Of a stretch of 64,000 bases of DNA, positions 34,370 to 45,140 are shown in pieces (the first letter of the stretch is position 1; every line of letters starts with the position of its first letter). Below the pieces are notes generated by a model. It ran no database searches. It was not told the DNA's origin and worked only from the letters and a program-made list of their open reading frames with translations. This DNA is from Rhynchopus sp. YZ270_cl-10 (Eukaryota), in contig OZ037836.1 in NCBI GenBank assembly GCA_964035575.1, forward strand, positions 496,001 through 560,000, read 5' to 3'. A program made the position numbers and the translations under genes.

Positions 34370-35974
34370 CTGATGTTGTAGTTTGTCTGCTGAGTGATCA
34401 CGCGCCCCCCCTACTAGGGAGGTCTTAGGTTCATGCTTCGGCTTGCACGTAAAGAACTACCATGTCGCCGACGTTAGCGGTCCTCGTATTCCGTGAGGTC
34501 TTTCAGATGTTGTTGTTTGACTGCTGAGTGATCACGCGCCCCCCCTACTAGGGAGGTCTTAGGTTCAGGCTTCGGCTTGCACGTAAAAGCTACCATGTCG
34601 TCGAAGTTAGCGGTCCTCGTATTCCGTGAGGTCTTTCAGATGGTGTAGTTTGTCTGCTGAGTGATCACGCGCCCCCCCTACTAGGGAGGTCTTAGGTTCA
34701 GGTTTCGGCTTGCACGTAAAGAACTACCATGTCGCCGAAGTTAGCGGTCCTCGTATTCCATGAGGTCTTTCTGATGTTGTTGTTTGTCTGCTGAGTGATC
34801 ACACGCCCCCCCTACTAGGGAGGTCTTAGGTTCAGGCTTCGGCTTGCACGTAAAAAGCTACCATGTCGTCGAAGTTAGCGGTACTCGTATTCCATGAGGT
34901 CTTTCTGATGTTGTAGTTTGTCTGCTGAGTGATCACGCGCCCCCCCTACTAGGGAGGTCTTAGGTTCAGGCTTCGGCTTGCACGTAAAAGCTACCATGTC
35001 GTCGAAGTTAGCGGTCCTCGTATTCCATGAGGTCTTTCTGATGTTGTTGTTTGTCTGCTGAGTGATCACACGCCCCCCCTACTAGGGAGGTCTTAGGTTC
35101 AGGCTTCGGCTTGCACGTAAAAAGCTACCATGTCGTCGAAGTTAGCGGTACTCGTATTCCATGAGGTCTTTCAGATGTTGTAGTTTGTCTGCTGAGTGAT
35201 CACGCGCCCCCCCTACTAGGGAGGTCTTAGGTTCAGGCTTCGGCTTGCACGTAAAGAACTACCATGTCGTCGAAGTTAGCGGTACTCGTATTCCATGAGG
35301 TCTTTCAGATGTTGTTGTTTGACTGCTGAGTGATCACGCGCCCCCCCTACTAGGGAGGTCTTAGGTTCAGGCTTCGGCTTGCACGTAAAAGCTACCATGT
35401 CGTCGAAGTTAGCGGTCCTCGTATTCCATGAGGTCTTTCAGATGTTGTTGTTTGACTGCTGAGTGATCACGCGCCCCCCCTACTAGGGAGGTCTTAGGTT
35501 CAGGCTTCGGCTTGCACGTAAAGAACTACCATGTCGTCGAAGTTAGCGGTCCTCGTATTCCATGAGGTCTTTCTGATGTTGTTGTTTGTCTGCTGAGTGA
35601 TCACACGCCCCCCCTACTAGGGAGGTCTTAGGTTCAGGCTTCGGCTTGCACGTAAAAAGCTACCATGTCGTCGAAGTTAGCGGTACTCGTATTCCATGAG
35701 GTCTTTCAGATGTTGTAGTTTGTCTGCTGAGTGATCACGCGCCCCCCCTACTAGGGAGGTCTTAGGTTCAGGCTTCGGCTTGCACGTAAAAAGCTACCAT
35801 GTCGTCGAAGTTAGCGGTACTCGTATTCCATGAGGTCTTTCAGATGTTGTTGTTTGACTGCTGAGTGATCACGCGCCCCCCCTGCTAGGGAGGTCTTAGG
35901 TTCAGGCTTCGGCTTGCACGTAAAAAGCTACCATGTCGTCGAAGTTAGCGGTCCTCGTATTCCATGAGGCACTT
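34370..35974. repeat. Minisatellite of 12 units of 133-134 bp inside element A
   Basis: Unit starts at 34370, 34504, 34637, 34771, 34905, 35038, 35172, 35306, 35439, 35573, 35707 and 35841. No unique spacers. Confidence 0.95.
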
Positions 35975-36003
35975 CAGATGTTGTTCTTCATTTTCTTCTT
36001 GTT

Positions 36004-36069
36004 CCGAGTCTTTGCCGCAGTCCTCTGCGTTGCCCGGGGTCACCTCGTGGAGGTGCTCGGTAAAACCCC
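36004..36069 (-). ncRNA. HDV-like self-cleaving ribozyme (predicted)
   Basis: GGGGUU(P1) UUA CCGAG(P2) C ACC(P3) UCCACGA(L3) GGU(P3) GACCCC(P1) GG(P1.1) GCAA CGCAG-AGGA-CUGCG(P4) GCAAAGA CUCGG(P2). The first G coincides with the TSD-defined element end. Confidence 0.75.
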
Positions 36070-36185
36070 ACCTGCGAACCTCTCTTCCGTCAGCTCTCTC
36101 TCACCCAAGTCACGAAGAGCTGCAATGGCGTCGTCCTTCTGCGACATCGTCTTCTTCATCAGCACAACTGTGTCCCCAGCACTCA

Positions 36186-36798
36186 GGGGACAAAAACGTG
36201 AGGTGGCAGCCCCCCGGCATTTTTGCCCTGGCGTCCCCGGATATAATCTCTTTTTTTGAGTGAACGAAGGCCACGCGTGGGATGGTTGCATTGCACTTTT
36301 GCAAACCCGGGCACATGATATTGGAGGGTCCAAAGCAACTGGAGGAGGTGTATGCTGGGCTTTTTGTGCCCTCAGGGATTTAAGCGACCCTGCACCTACT
36401 TTACGACCATGCACAGCTTTTGCTTTTCTTTTCTTTGCTTTTCTTTGCTTTTTGTAGGTGCTAACCTGCGGCAGTGGTTTGCATCAGTTGGGTGTTCCAC
36501 TCACCGCAGTTTAGAGAATTAGGAGATGCCAGTCATTCGTTCCTCCCATTGGAATGACTGGTGGTTTTATTGTTGTTTATTTCTTTTGACGCTGCCAGAG
36601 TGCGGACCTTGAACTGGCTTATATACTGACCTAGGCCACCAGCGGTGGTATACGGCCCCTGTTCACTTAGGTGTCGTCTTTGTTGGGTATAAGTCAGCAA
36701 ATGGGATCAAGCCACTCTCTGGCACACCGTGGTGCCATCCTTCCCTTTTGCTGGTTTTTCTTTTTGCGGGGGTGGATCACGTTTTTCAAGTTTAATAT
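36186..36798 (+). mobile_element. Second copy of SINE-like family C (613 bp), 16 bp TSD
   Basis: GTGTCCCCAGCACTCA is duplicated at 36170-36185 and 36799-36814. Reverse complement of 19292-19905 with few differences. Confidence 0.87.
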
Positions 36799-37116
36799 GT
36801 GTCCCCAGCACTCAGCTGCGTGATGTTGTCTCCTTCGGCCAGCAGCTTCCCTCCGAAGCTCATGTCAAAGCCGTCTTCGCACAACTCTGCTGCAGTCGCC
36901 ACCTTCCGCCGTATGTCCGCAGTTGTATCATCCACACCCACCTCGACTGTGTACTTCTCCCCGTCAAAGCTCTCCACACATATTTCCATGGTTTTGTGTC
37001 TCTCTGTTTGAGGTGTTTTGGGTGGGGCAAGAAGAAACAACAAAGTTGATGCGTTACACGAAAGAGTTGCAGCAGTTGAAGCCACCCCTTCACGAAGGCA
37101 CCCCTGCCATCCTCAC

Positions 37117-38779
37117 GGTGCAGTTGCTGACGAAGTTGTCATCGATGTGCGTCATATTGCTCCACCCAGACAGGTCAAGTGTGGTCAATGAGGTGTAGTT
37201 GAAGAGCAAACACTTTCCTATCCGCGTCGCACTGCTCCACCCAGACAAGTCAGCGGTTCGCAATCCGGTGCAGTTGGCGAGGAAGTCGTTCCCCACTTGC
37301 GTCATGTTGTTCCACCCAGATAAGTCCAGTGTGGTCAACGCACGGCACTCGTCGAGGAAGCACGTCTCTATTGTGGTTACGTTGCTCCACCCAGATAAGT
37401 CAAGGGTTTGTAATGCAATGCAGTTGTAGAGCACCTCTGAATCAGCGTTACGCTGTTCCACCCAGATAAGTTCAGAGTGGTCAATGAGGTGCAGTTCGAG
37501 AGGAAGTTGTTCGCAATGAGCGTCACATTGTTCCACCCAGACAAATCCAGTGTGGTCAACTGGCTGCAGTTCTGGAGGAAGTCGCTTCCGATGTGCGTCA
37601 CATTGTTCCACCCAGAAATGTCAAGTGTGGTCAACTGGCTGCAGTTGGAGAGGAAGTGGCCTCCTCTGCGTGTCACATTGCTCCACCCAGATAAATCAGC
37701 CGTGTGCAATGAGGTGCAGTAGTAGATAGAATAACAGTTTATTGTAGCAACAACTGGCACACCACTGAGATCAAGTTCTACGAACGTACCACTTGAGAAG
37801 AAGAAAGGGGGGATCTCAGTAACAACCTCCGCCTGCAGAAACAAATGAATCAGCTTGGGATCTGTCAGACCTTTGAACCTCTCTGGCGCTAAACGTTTTT
37901 AAAAATAGGATGGAACACCCCGTTCCGAAGAGGAATGCAGCCACCCCGAAAAAGTGGGGGTGTGTCGCCAGTCTGCGGTGAGAAACTCCTCCCTGAGTCA
38001 AAACTGCCGCTGGTTAGCGCTGGCTAAGGTTCCCTTTTCACCCGGTCACAATCGAGTCTCGCTCCGTCGGCGTTGACTGCACTGCAAAGCCCCTTGGTCC
38101 ACCGTCGTAAAAAGACACCACAAAAAGCGTAGGTAGGTGGGGGACCGGCAGGTTACAGACAGAGGCAGTACGGAGCTAAGGTGTCGGCGGTCGCGGGTTG
38201 CCGTGGAGGCCTGCCCCCCGTGGAGGTCTTGGGATCTGGGAGTTTTGTGGAAGTAATCGGCTTAGAGTACCCTGCATTCCATGCACGACTCGAGCTCCTT
38301 GTGGTAGGATATTGGGGTCCCGGGAAGCACCCTTCGCCCCGAGGTCCCACCACCCCAGACAGTTTGTAGGTCTAAAAGCACAACGTACTTGTCCAGGACC
38401 TGGCCGCTCTTGGGTTCTCTCAAAAAAAGATACTAATCCCGTACGCCCGTGCACCGCAAAAATGTGCTATGGGGGGCGGTCCGCCGTCGGGACCTTTGAA
38501 CCTCTCTGGCGTCATGTCGGTCTCACCCAAGTCACGAAGAGCTGCAATGGCGTCGTCCTTCTGCGACTTCGTCTTCGTCAGCACAACTGTGTCCCCAGCA
38601 CTCAGCTGTGTCGTGTCGTCTCCTTCGGCCAGCAGCTTCCCTCCGAAGCTCATGTCAAAGCCGTCTTCGCGCAACTCTGCTGCAGTCGCCACCTTCCGCC
38701 GTATGTCCGCAGTTGTATCATCCACACCCACCTCGACTGTGTACTTCTCTCCGTCAAAGCTCTTCACACATATTTCCAT
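37117..38779 (-). pseudogene. Ubl-LRR copy 8: interrupted, frameshifted and 3'-deleted
   Basis: Insertion at 37889-38490, frameshift near 37430, and the LRR run is fused to the upstream region of copy 7 at GGTGCA (37117-37122). Confidence 0.85.
37889..38490 (-). mobile_element. ~600 bp non-coding retro-element (family B), 20-21 bp TSD
   Basis: (G)ACCTTTGAACCTCTCTGGCG is duplicated at 37868-37888 and 38491-38511. The 3' end is shared with element A. Confidence 0.85.
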
Positions 38780-39954
38780 GGTTCTGTGTCTCTCTGTTTT
38801 GTGCAGGTGTTTTCAATTGGGGGTAAGAGTACGCAAGAGACAACAAACAGTTAGGGGGAGGTCTTTTGCTAATAAAAATGATCATCCAGATGTGGTGAAA
38901 CGCCATAAACTCCACAACCCCTACAAAGATACTCCGCAAGCCATGCATAGTGGGGCAAGACAAAGCAACCAAAAGAGGAAGAGGACAACTTGCAAGTGTG
39001 CAGAAGAGTGTTTGGAAGCTAATGGTACAAAGGCACTGCGTGAATTGCACCCACGTAGGGGCGCACAACCTTCGTGACCACACAAGACCCACAGTGAGAG
39101 GTCTTGAAACAAGTTACAAAGGGGAGATAGGTCTTTTGTTTTGATTTGATTTTTTTTAAAGCTTCGTTGTATTAGTGTTGTTGCATGACTTTTCAGTTTC
39201 TCTATCCTCTGCGATATGACGCACAAACACGCCGTTTTCAATTTGATTCGCAGACCGATACTGACTCACGAAGTTGCTGTGTCAAAAAACACCTTCCTCT
39301 GCGAGGCGGGATACCACAGCGACAACGTCCATCACTCATGCGCCTATGAGTCGCTCAATGGCGTCATGGCTTTTATCATGACTACAGGGGTCCAACCCTG
39401 CACATTGTTCTCACAACACAAAATACAAATATGAACACAAATGAAGAGATGAAAGATATCTTACAATAAAACAACAAACACCGGTGGGGTAAAAACTAAG
39501 CCGGAAAAAGGGGAAATACACCCAAAAAAAGGAGAAAAAAACGAAAACATAAATCCATTTTGCTGCTTTATCCGAGCACAAGAGGCAACCATGTCTTTGC
39601 CTGAAGTACAGAAATGAGGTGAGTGCACAATAAAGGAGGAGGGTGGTAAATTTGTTTAAATAACTTTCAAATCAAAGAAGAGAAAGCTCAAGGACGTCAA
39701 TAGATGCATTCAAACGTTAGTGTTTTTGTTGCAAAAATGTGAAGAAAAAACAAATAAAAGAGAACATTCTTGACGTACACACTCTGTTGATTCTGAAAAC
39801 GGGAGTACAAAAATCGTGCATGCACCACCACACAATGGATCGAGAAAGAGCTCTCAATCTGTCAATCCTTACGTTGTCCTGACGTAGTAAAATTCCCCGT
39901 GGAAAACATGTGGCGCTTCCTAAGATATGTCACAACTGTCATGTCCCGGGTGCT

Positions 39955-41343
39955 TCACATGCACACACATTTGCACTTGGTATCGTCCACGAGGCTATAG
40001 CCATAGCCATTCACATGTTCTGACACAACACTGCACGATCCGGTGCTGTTGATGCTGCTCGTGGGTAATGTGCATCCTTCCAGGAAGCTTGGCCTTATGT
40101 ACCGAACGCTCGTCAACCCAGATAAGTCAAGTGTTTTCAATGCGCTGCAGTTAAAGAGAAAGTAGTCTCCCAGCTGCGTCACATTGTTCCATGTAGATAG
40201 TGAAGTTGACAGTGCAAACGCCTCTGGGACGCAGGCACTGACACTCCGCGGGTTATCGAACCCCGGAGTGTCGCGAGTAGAAATATCTAGTGTGGTCAAT
40301 GAGGTGCAGTTGGAGAGAAAGTACTCATCAACCCGCGTCAAATTGCTCCACCCAGAAAAATCAAGTGTGGTCAATGAGGTGCATTTGGAGAGAAAGTGCT
40401 CCTCAACCCGCGTCACATTACTCCACCCAGACAAGTCTAGGGTTTGCAATGCACTGCAGTCGTAGAGGAAAGACTTTCCCACCTGCGTCACATTGTTCAA
40501 CCCAGAAACATCTAGTGTGGTCAATGAGGTGCAGTTGGAGAGAAAGCAGTGTCCTATATGCGTCACATTGTTCCACCCAGACAAGTCAAGGGTTCGCAAT
40601 GCACTGCAGGAGGAGAGAACCTGGTACCCAAGTTGCGTCACATTGTTCCACGCAGAAATATTTAGTGTGGTCAACGACGTGCAGTCGTAGAGAAAGTACT
40701 TAAGCCGCGTCACATTGCTCCACCCAGATAAGTCGAGAGTTCGTAAATTAGTACAGTTAGAGAGAAACGAGTGCTCAATGTGTGCCACACTGTTCCACCC
40801 AGACAAGTCAAGGGTTTGCAATGCGGTGCAGTTGGAGAGAAAGCCGCCTTCAATGTGCGTGACATTGCTCCACCCAGATAAATCAGCAGTACGCAACGAG
40901 ATGCAGCACTTGAGAATAAAGTTACCTACATAAGTCACACCTGGCACACCACTGAGATCAAGTTCTGAGAACGTGGCACCTTGTAAGAAGTGATCGGGGA
41001 TCTCAGTAACAACCTCCGCCTGCAGAAACAAACGAACCAGCTTGGGATCTTCCAGACCTTCGAACCTGCCTATTGAGAGACTTGTCTCACCCAAGTCACG
41101 AAGAGCTGCAATGGCGTCGTCCTTCTGCGACTTCGTCTTCGTCAGCACAACTGTGTCCCCAGCACTCAGCTGCGTGATGGCGTCTCCTTCGGCCAGCAGC
41201 TTCCCTCCGAAGCTCATGTCAAAGCCGTCTTCGCGCAACTCTGCTGCAGACGCCACCTTCCGCCGTATGTCCGCAGTTGTATCATCCACACCCACCTCGA
41301 CTGTGTACTTCTCTCCGTCAAAGCTCTTCACACATATTTCCAT
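39955..41343 (-). CDS. Ubl-LRR-CaaX protein, copy 9 (462 aa), with an in-frame 28-codon insertion
   Basis: Intact ORF ending KCKCVCM. A non-LRR peptide (RDTPGFDNPRSVSACVPEAFALSTSLST) sits inside one repeat. Confidence 0.85.
   Translation of the reverse strand: MEICVKSFDGEKYTVEVGVDDTTADIRRKVASAAELREDGFDMSFGGKLLAEGDAITQLSAGDTVVLTKTKSQKDDAIAALRDLGETSLSIGRFEGLEDPKLVRLFLQAEVVTEIPDHFLQGATFSELDLSGVPGVTYVGNFILKCCISLRTADLSGWSNVTHIEGGFLSNCTALQTLDLSGWNSVAHIEHSFLSNCTNLRTLDLSGWSNVTRLKYFLYDCTSLTTLNISAWNNVTQLGYQVLSSCSALRTLDLSGWNNVTHIGHCFLSNCTSLTTLDVSGLNNVTQVGKSFLYDCSALQTLDLSGWSNVTRVEEHFLSKCTSLTTLDFSGWSNLTRVDEYFLSNCTSLTTLDISTRDTPGFDNPRSVSACVPEAFALSTSLSTWNNVTQLGDYFLFNCSALKTLDLSGLTSVRYIRPSFLEGCTLPTSSINSTGSCSVVSEHVNGYGYSLVDDTKCKCVCM
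40198..40276. mobile_element. 79 bp structured insertion flanked by a 5 bp direct repeat (GTAGA)
   Basis: GTAGA at 40193-40197 and 40277-40281. Hairpin GACACTCCG..GGGTT ATCG AACCC..CGGAGTGTC. Confidence 0.6.
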
Positions 41344-42505
41344 GGTTTTGTGTCTCTCTGTTTGAGGTGTTTTGGGTGGGGCAGGAAGAAACAACAAAGT
41401 TGATGCGTTACACGAAAGAGTTGCAGCAGTTGAAGCCACCCCTTCACGAAGGCATCCCTGCCATCCTCACGGTGCAAAGAGAGGTGCCGTCAAGAACTCT
41501 GAGGACAAACGGGCAACAACTGCTCTCTGTACGGTGGCGGCTTCAGAGCATTCCTTGCGCCACCTTGTCTGGGTCATTTGTAATGTCAGTTTCTTACTCA
41601 GGTGTACCACGGCATGACACGTGAGAGACAGGGGAGAAAATAGAGACTGACCTGTCCAGTCAGTGTGGTTTTACTTTGTTTCCAGTATTGGTGCCCAGCT
41701 GGTTCTGGAGGGGAGGGTTGTTGTTGCTGCTGTTTTTGCTTTGTGCTCTTTTTTGGTGGTCTTTAGACCCAAAAAAATGTGGTGTTTGCTTTTATTTTGT
41801 TGCATTCGTGTTTTGTATCCATGACCAAGCGAGGTGCGGAACCTATTAATAGGCTATTCGGCATACCAATTCACAGTGGTCTTATCAGGAATCCTTTTTT
41901 GTGTTTTATTTTCAAAATAAAAGTAAAAATGCTCGAGAGACTCGTTACTCTTTTGCTTGTTGCTCAAAAGGCTAAAAACGGGAAGAGGAAAAATGTTTGT
42001 TGTTCGCTTCCACAATTATTTTTTCTCGATTGATGACGGTAAATACGCAGATTTACGGTTTGAGTGTGTTTGCCTGAAGTACAGAAAATGTTGTGGAGCA
42101 CAAAGGGGAACAGAGAGGGGGAAAACAAGCGGGGCAGGTGGATGCGCAGAACATGCGACTTTTCACGAGGGTCTCGAGCATTTTGTCAAATACTACGTGT
42201 TAACTAAAAGTAAAAACTGGTTTCGGCCGGTCTGCTCCCTGAGCAGGAAATGTTCCCTTCGACCGCGTTAATTAGAAGGTGCAAGAGCTTAAAACAATAA
42301 AGCCTACATCCTCGAAACGTTTCTACACAAATGATTTCATTGAACGTATCCCAATCAATAAAGCAATAAAAAACAATAAAGACAAAAGGCATATCCAGAG
42401 AATGCACAACATGCGCATAATTGTGTTACGCGCATGGTTTTTGTGTGTTTTTTTTAAATGTCATGCGCATACAAAAAAAATGGATTTAAAAGGAGAGGTG
42501 GTGAA
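41343..42505. repeat. Recent segmental duplication; partner at ~45140-46310
   Basis: Near-identical ~1.15 kb upstream spacers of copies 9 and 10, also giving identical spurious ORFs in the track. Confidence 0.9.
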
Positions 42506-43916
42506 ACGCACACACCTCGACCTGTCGGTGAAGTGTGGCTCTACCCCAACCCGCACCAGAATAGAAAATAGAAAAAGGAAGGGAGTAGGGGTACGGTGTT
42601 CAATTTCCTTTCAGCATTGCATGGTGGAATCATGGAATAATAAAAAACAGAATCGTGCTGGGGAGGGGAGGGAAGTCAAGTTAACAGCATCTATTGTCTA
42701 TTACTCGGATTCTCCGAGGTTTCTCCGAGGAACTCGTTTTGTTACTCATGGCAATTTTGTGTGCGAGTTTGATGCAGATTAAAGGATATATCAGGGCGTA
42801 TTTATAATGGACGAATAATGTACATTTACAAAAAAAAGACATGCCAAATGAAGGCGAACTTCGTATGTAAAGGGAAGTGGTAGGGTGTGTGGGTGTGGTG
42901 TGCAAGAGACAACAGACAGTGAAAAGGGGAGATAGGTCTTTTGTTTTGTTTTTGAAAGCTTCATTGTATAAGCACTGCAATGAAGCAGTGCCTGCATGAT
43001 ACCCCACACCGGCAGGGAAGGTCGAAACACTACATCACAACAGAACAAAGGGGGAGAGGGGGCACACTGTCACAAACAGGAAGACATCTGATGGAATATT
43101 ACCACCAATGTACCATAGTATCCCCGCCTGCAACATTCCGCGCAATTCTTGTGCGAATGCTAAAATGGAAAAAAATAAAATTGGTGCCGGGTTCTATGAT
43201 ATGCACGGAACCACCCTGCACCTGTTTGTCATATTTATTGTTTCCCGCGCAATACATGGGGAAACGTTTCGCTGTCGAAACTAGGGAAAGCGTTTTGATA
43301 AAAATTAATGAACACAAAAACCAAGCGCGTGTGGAAGAAAAAAGAAAAGAAAATATTTTTCTGATTCAAAGTGGTGTTTACGTTTTGGGTACGGGGCGGA
43401 GAATAAGATCTGTTCGATAAAAGAAACGCAAGCTCTTTTGTTTTATCTTGTTCAGTTGCATGGGAATCGTACACTAAAAATTTTTTATTGTCCCTTTTGT
43501 AAACCACACTGTTTTGTTCTTCCTTTTTGCTTTCAACCTTTTGTATTCATATACTTTTTTGTTGTTTGGGAGACACGCCCCACGTGTCGGTTCTGTGGAA
43601 AGACCAGCACGGAACCACCTGTGTGCTCCCTTTTTTCATGTCTATCCATGGAAACTGTATCACAAGTGATACCGGGGGAAAAAAAGTTTGTAAATTGCGG
43701 AAGACGCAAAACAAACTCGCGAACGAAAAAAAGAGCTTTTTCTGCGAAGTGGTGGTAATGGGGAGAATCAAACATTACGAAAAAACCTCCACTCTCATTT
43801 CGCAAGCTTCATTTCCGTTTTGGTTTTCTCCTCACACAAAAAATAAAGAAGAAGAAAAAAGGTTGCTGTTTGAATAAAGTAACGAGCAGCTAGCCTCTCA
43901 AAAGATGCACAGTGCC

Positions 43917-45140
43917 TCACATGCACACACATTTGCAATTGTTCTCCTTCTCCAGGTTACGGATCGCACGGCTCGATCCGGTGACGTCGATGCTGCTTCT
44001 AGGTATTGTGCATCCTTCCAGGAAGCCTAGCCCAATGTGCTGCACATTCCTCGACCCAGACAAGTCAAGTGTTTTCAATGCGCTGCAGTTGGAGAGAAAG
44101 TAGTTCCCCATATGTGTCACATTGCTCCACCCAGAAAAATACAGTGCGGTCAACGAACTGCAGTTGAAGAGGAACCTATGTCCAATCCGCGTCACATTGT
44201 TCCACCCACATAAGTCAAGGCTTCGCAATGCGGTGCAGTAGGAGAGAAAGTTGTTCCCTATTTGTGTCACATTGTGCCACCCAGAAAAATCCAGTGTGGT
44301 CAATGAGGTGCAGAAGGAGAGAAAGTGCTCATCAACCTGCGTCACATTGTTCCACCCAGACAAGTCAAGGCTTCGCAATGAGGTGCAGTAGGAGAGAAAG
44401 TTGTTCCCTACGTGCATCAAATTGCTCCACCCAGAAATATCCAGTGTGGTCAATGAGGTGTAGTTGGAGAGAAAGTGCTCATCAATCCGCGTCACATTAC
44501 TCCACCCAGACAAGTCAAGGGTTTGCAATGCAGTGCAGTTTTCGATGAAGTGGTCTCCTAATTGCGTCACATTGCTCCACCCAGACAAGTCAAGTGTTCG
44601 CAAGGCGCTCATCTCGGTGAGAAAGAAGGGCTCAATCCGCGTGACATTGCACCACCCAGATAAGTCAACAGTGTGCAGTGAGGTGCAGAAGGAGAGAAAG
44701 GAGCAACCTACTGCAGTCACACCTGGCACACCACTGAGATCAAGTTCTTCGAATGTGGCACCTTGTAAGAAGTAACGGGGGCTCTCAGTAACAACCTCCG
44801 CCTGCAGAAACAAACGAACCAGCTTGGGATCTGTCAGACCTGCGAACCTCTCTTCCGTCAGCTCTCTCTCACCCAAGTCACGAAGAGCTGCAATGGCGTC
44901 GTCCTTCTGCGACTTCTTCTGCGACTTCGTCTTCTTCATCAGCACAACTGTGTCCCCAGCACTCAGCTGCGTGATGTAGTCCCCTTCGGCCAGCGCCGTC
45001 CCTCCGAAGCTCATGTCAAAGCCGTCTTCGCGCAACTCTGCTGCAGACGCCACCTTCCGCCGTATGTCCGCAGTTGTATCATCCACACCCACCTCGACTG
45101 TGTACTTCTCTCCGTCAAAGCTCTCCACACATATTTCCAT
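43917..45140 (-). CDS. Ubl-LRR-CaaX protein, copy 10 (407 aa)
   Basis: Intact ORF ending NCKCVCM. Confidence 0.88.
   Translation of the reverse strand: MEICVESFDGEKYTVEVGVDDTTADIRRKVASAAELREDGFDMSFGGTALAEGDYITQLSAGDTVVLMKKTKSQKKSQKDDAIAALRDLGERELTEERFAGLTDPKLVRLFLQAEVVTESPRYFLQGATFEELDLSGVPGVTAVGCSFLSFCTSLHTVDLSGWCNVTRIEPFFLTEMSALRTLDLSGWSNVTQLGDHFIENCTALQTLDLSGWSNVTRIDEHFLSNYTSLTTLDISGWSNLMHVGNNFLSYCTSLRSLDLSGWNNVTQVDEHFLSFCTSLTTLDFSGWHNVTQIGNNFLSYCTALRSLDLCGWNNVTRIGHRFLFNCSSLTALYFSGWSNVTHMGNYFLSNCSALKTLDLSGSRNVQHIGLGFLEGCTIPRSSIDVTGSSRAIRNLEKENNCKCVCM

Larger units (their letters stand above)
32445..36069 (-). mobile_element. Non-coding retro-element (family A) with a 5' HDV-like ribozyme, internal tandem array and 19 bp TSD
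   Basis: ACCTGCGAACCTCTCTTCC is duplicated at 32426-32444 and 36070-36088. The 3'-terminal ~55 bp is shared with 37889-37947 and 23377-23435. Confidence 0.85.
31856..36989 (-). pseudogene. Ubl-LRR-CaaX copy 7, split by two insertions
   Basis: Segments 36989-36799, 36185-36070 and 32444-31856 reassemble into a complete gene ending KCKCVCM. Confidence 0.85.

Noticed and set aside
34370..35974. CRISPR array or hammerhead-ribozyme multimer
   Set aside because: Units are contiguous near-identical repeats with no unique spacers and no cas genes. I could not find a proper CUGANGA...GAAA core on either strand.
40198..40276. tRNA gene
   Set aside because: GGTTCGA is present, but no cloverleaf or acceptor stem can be built.
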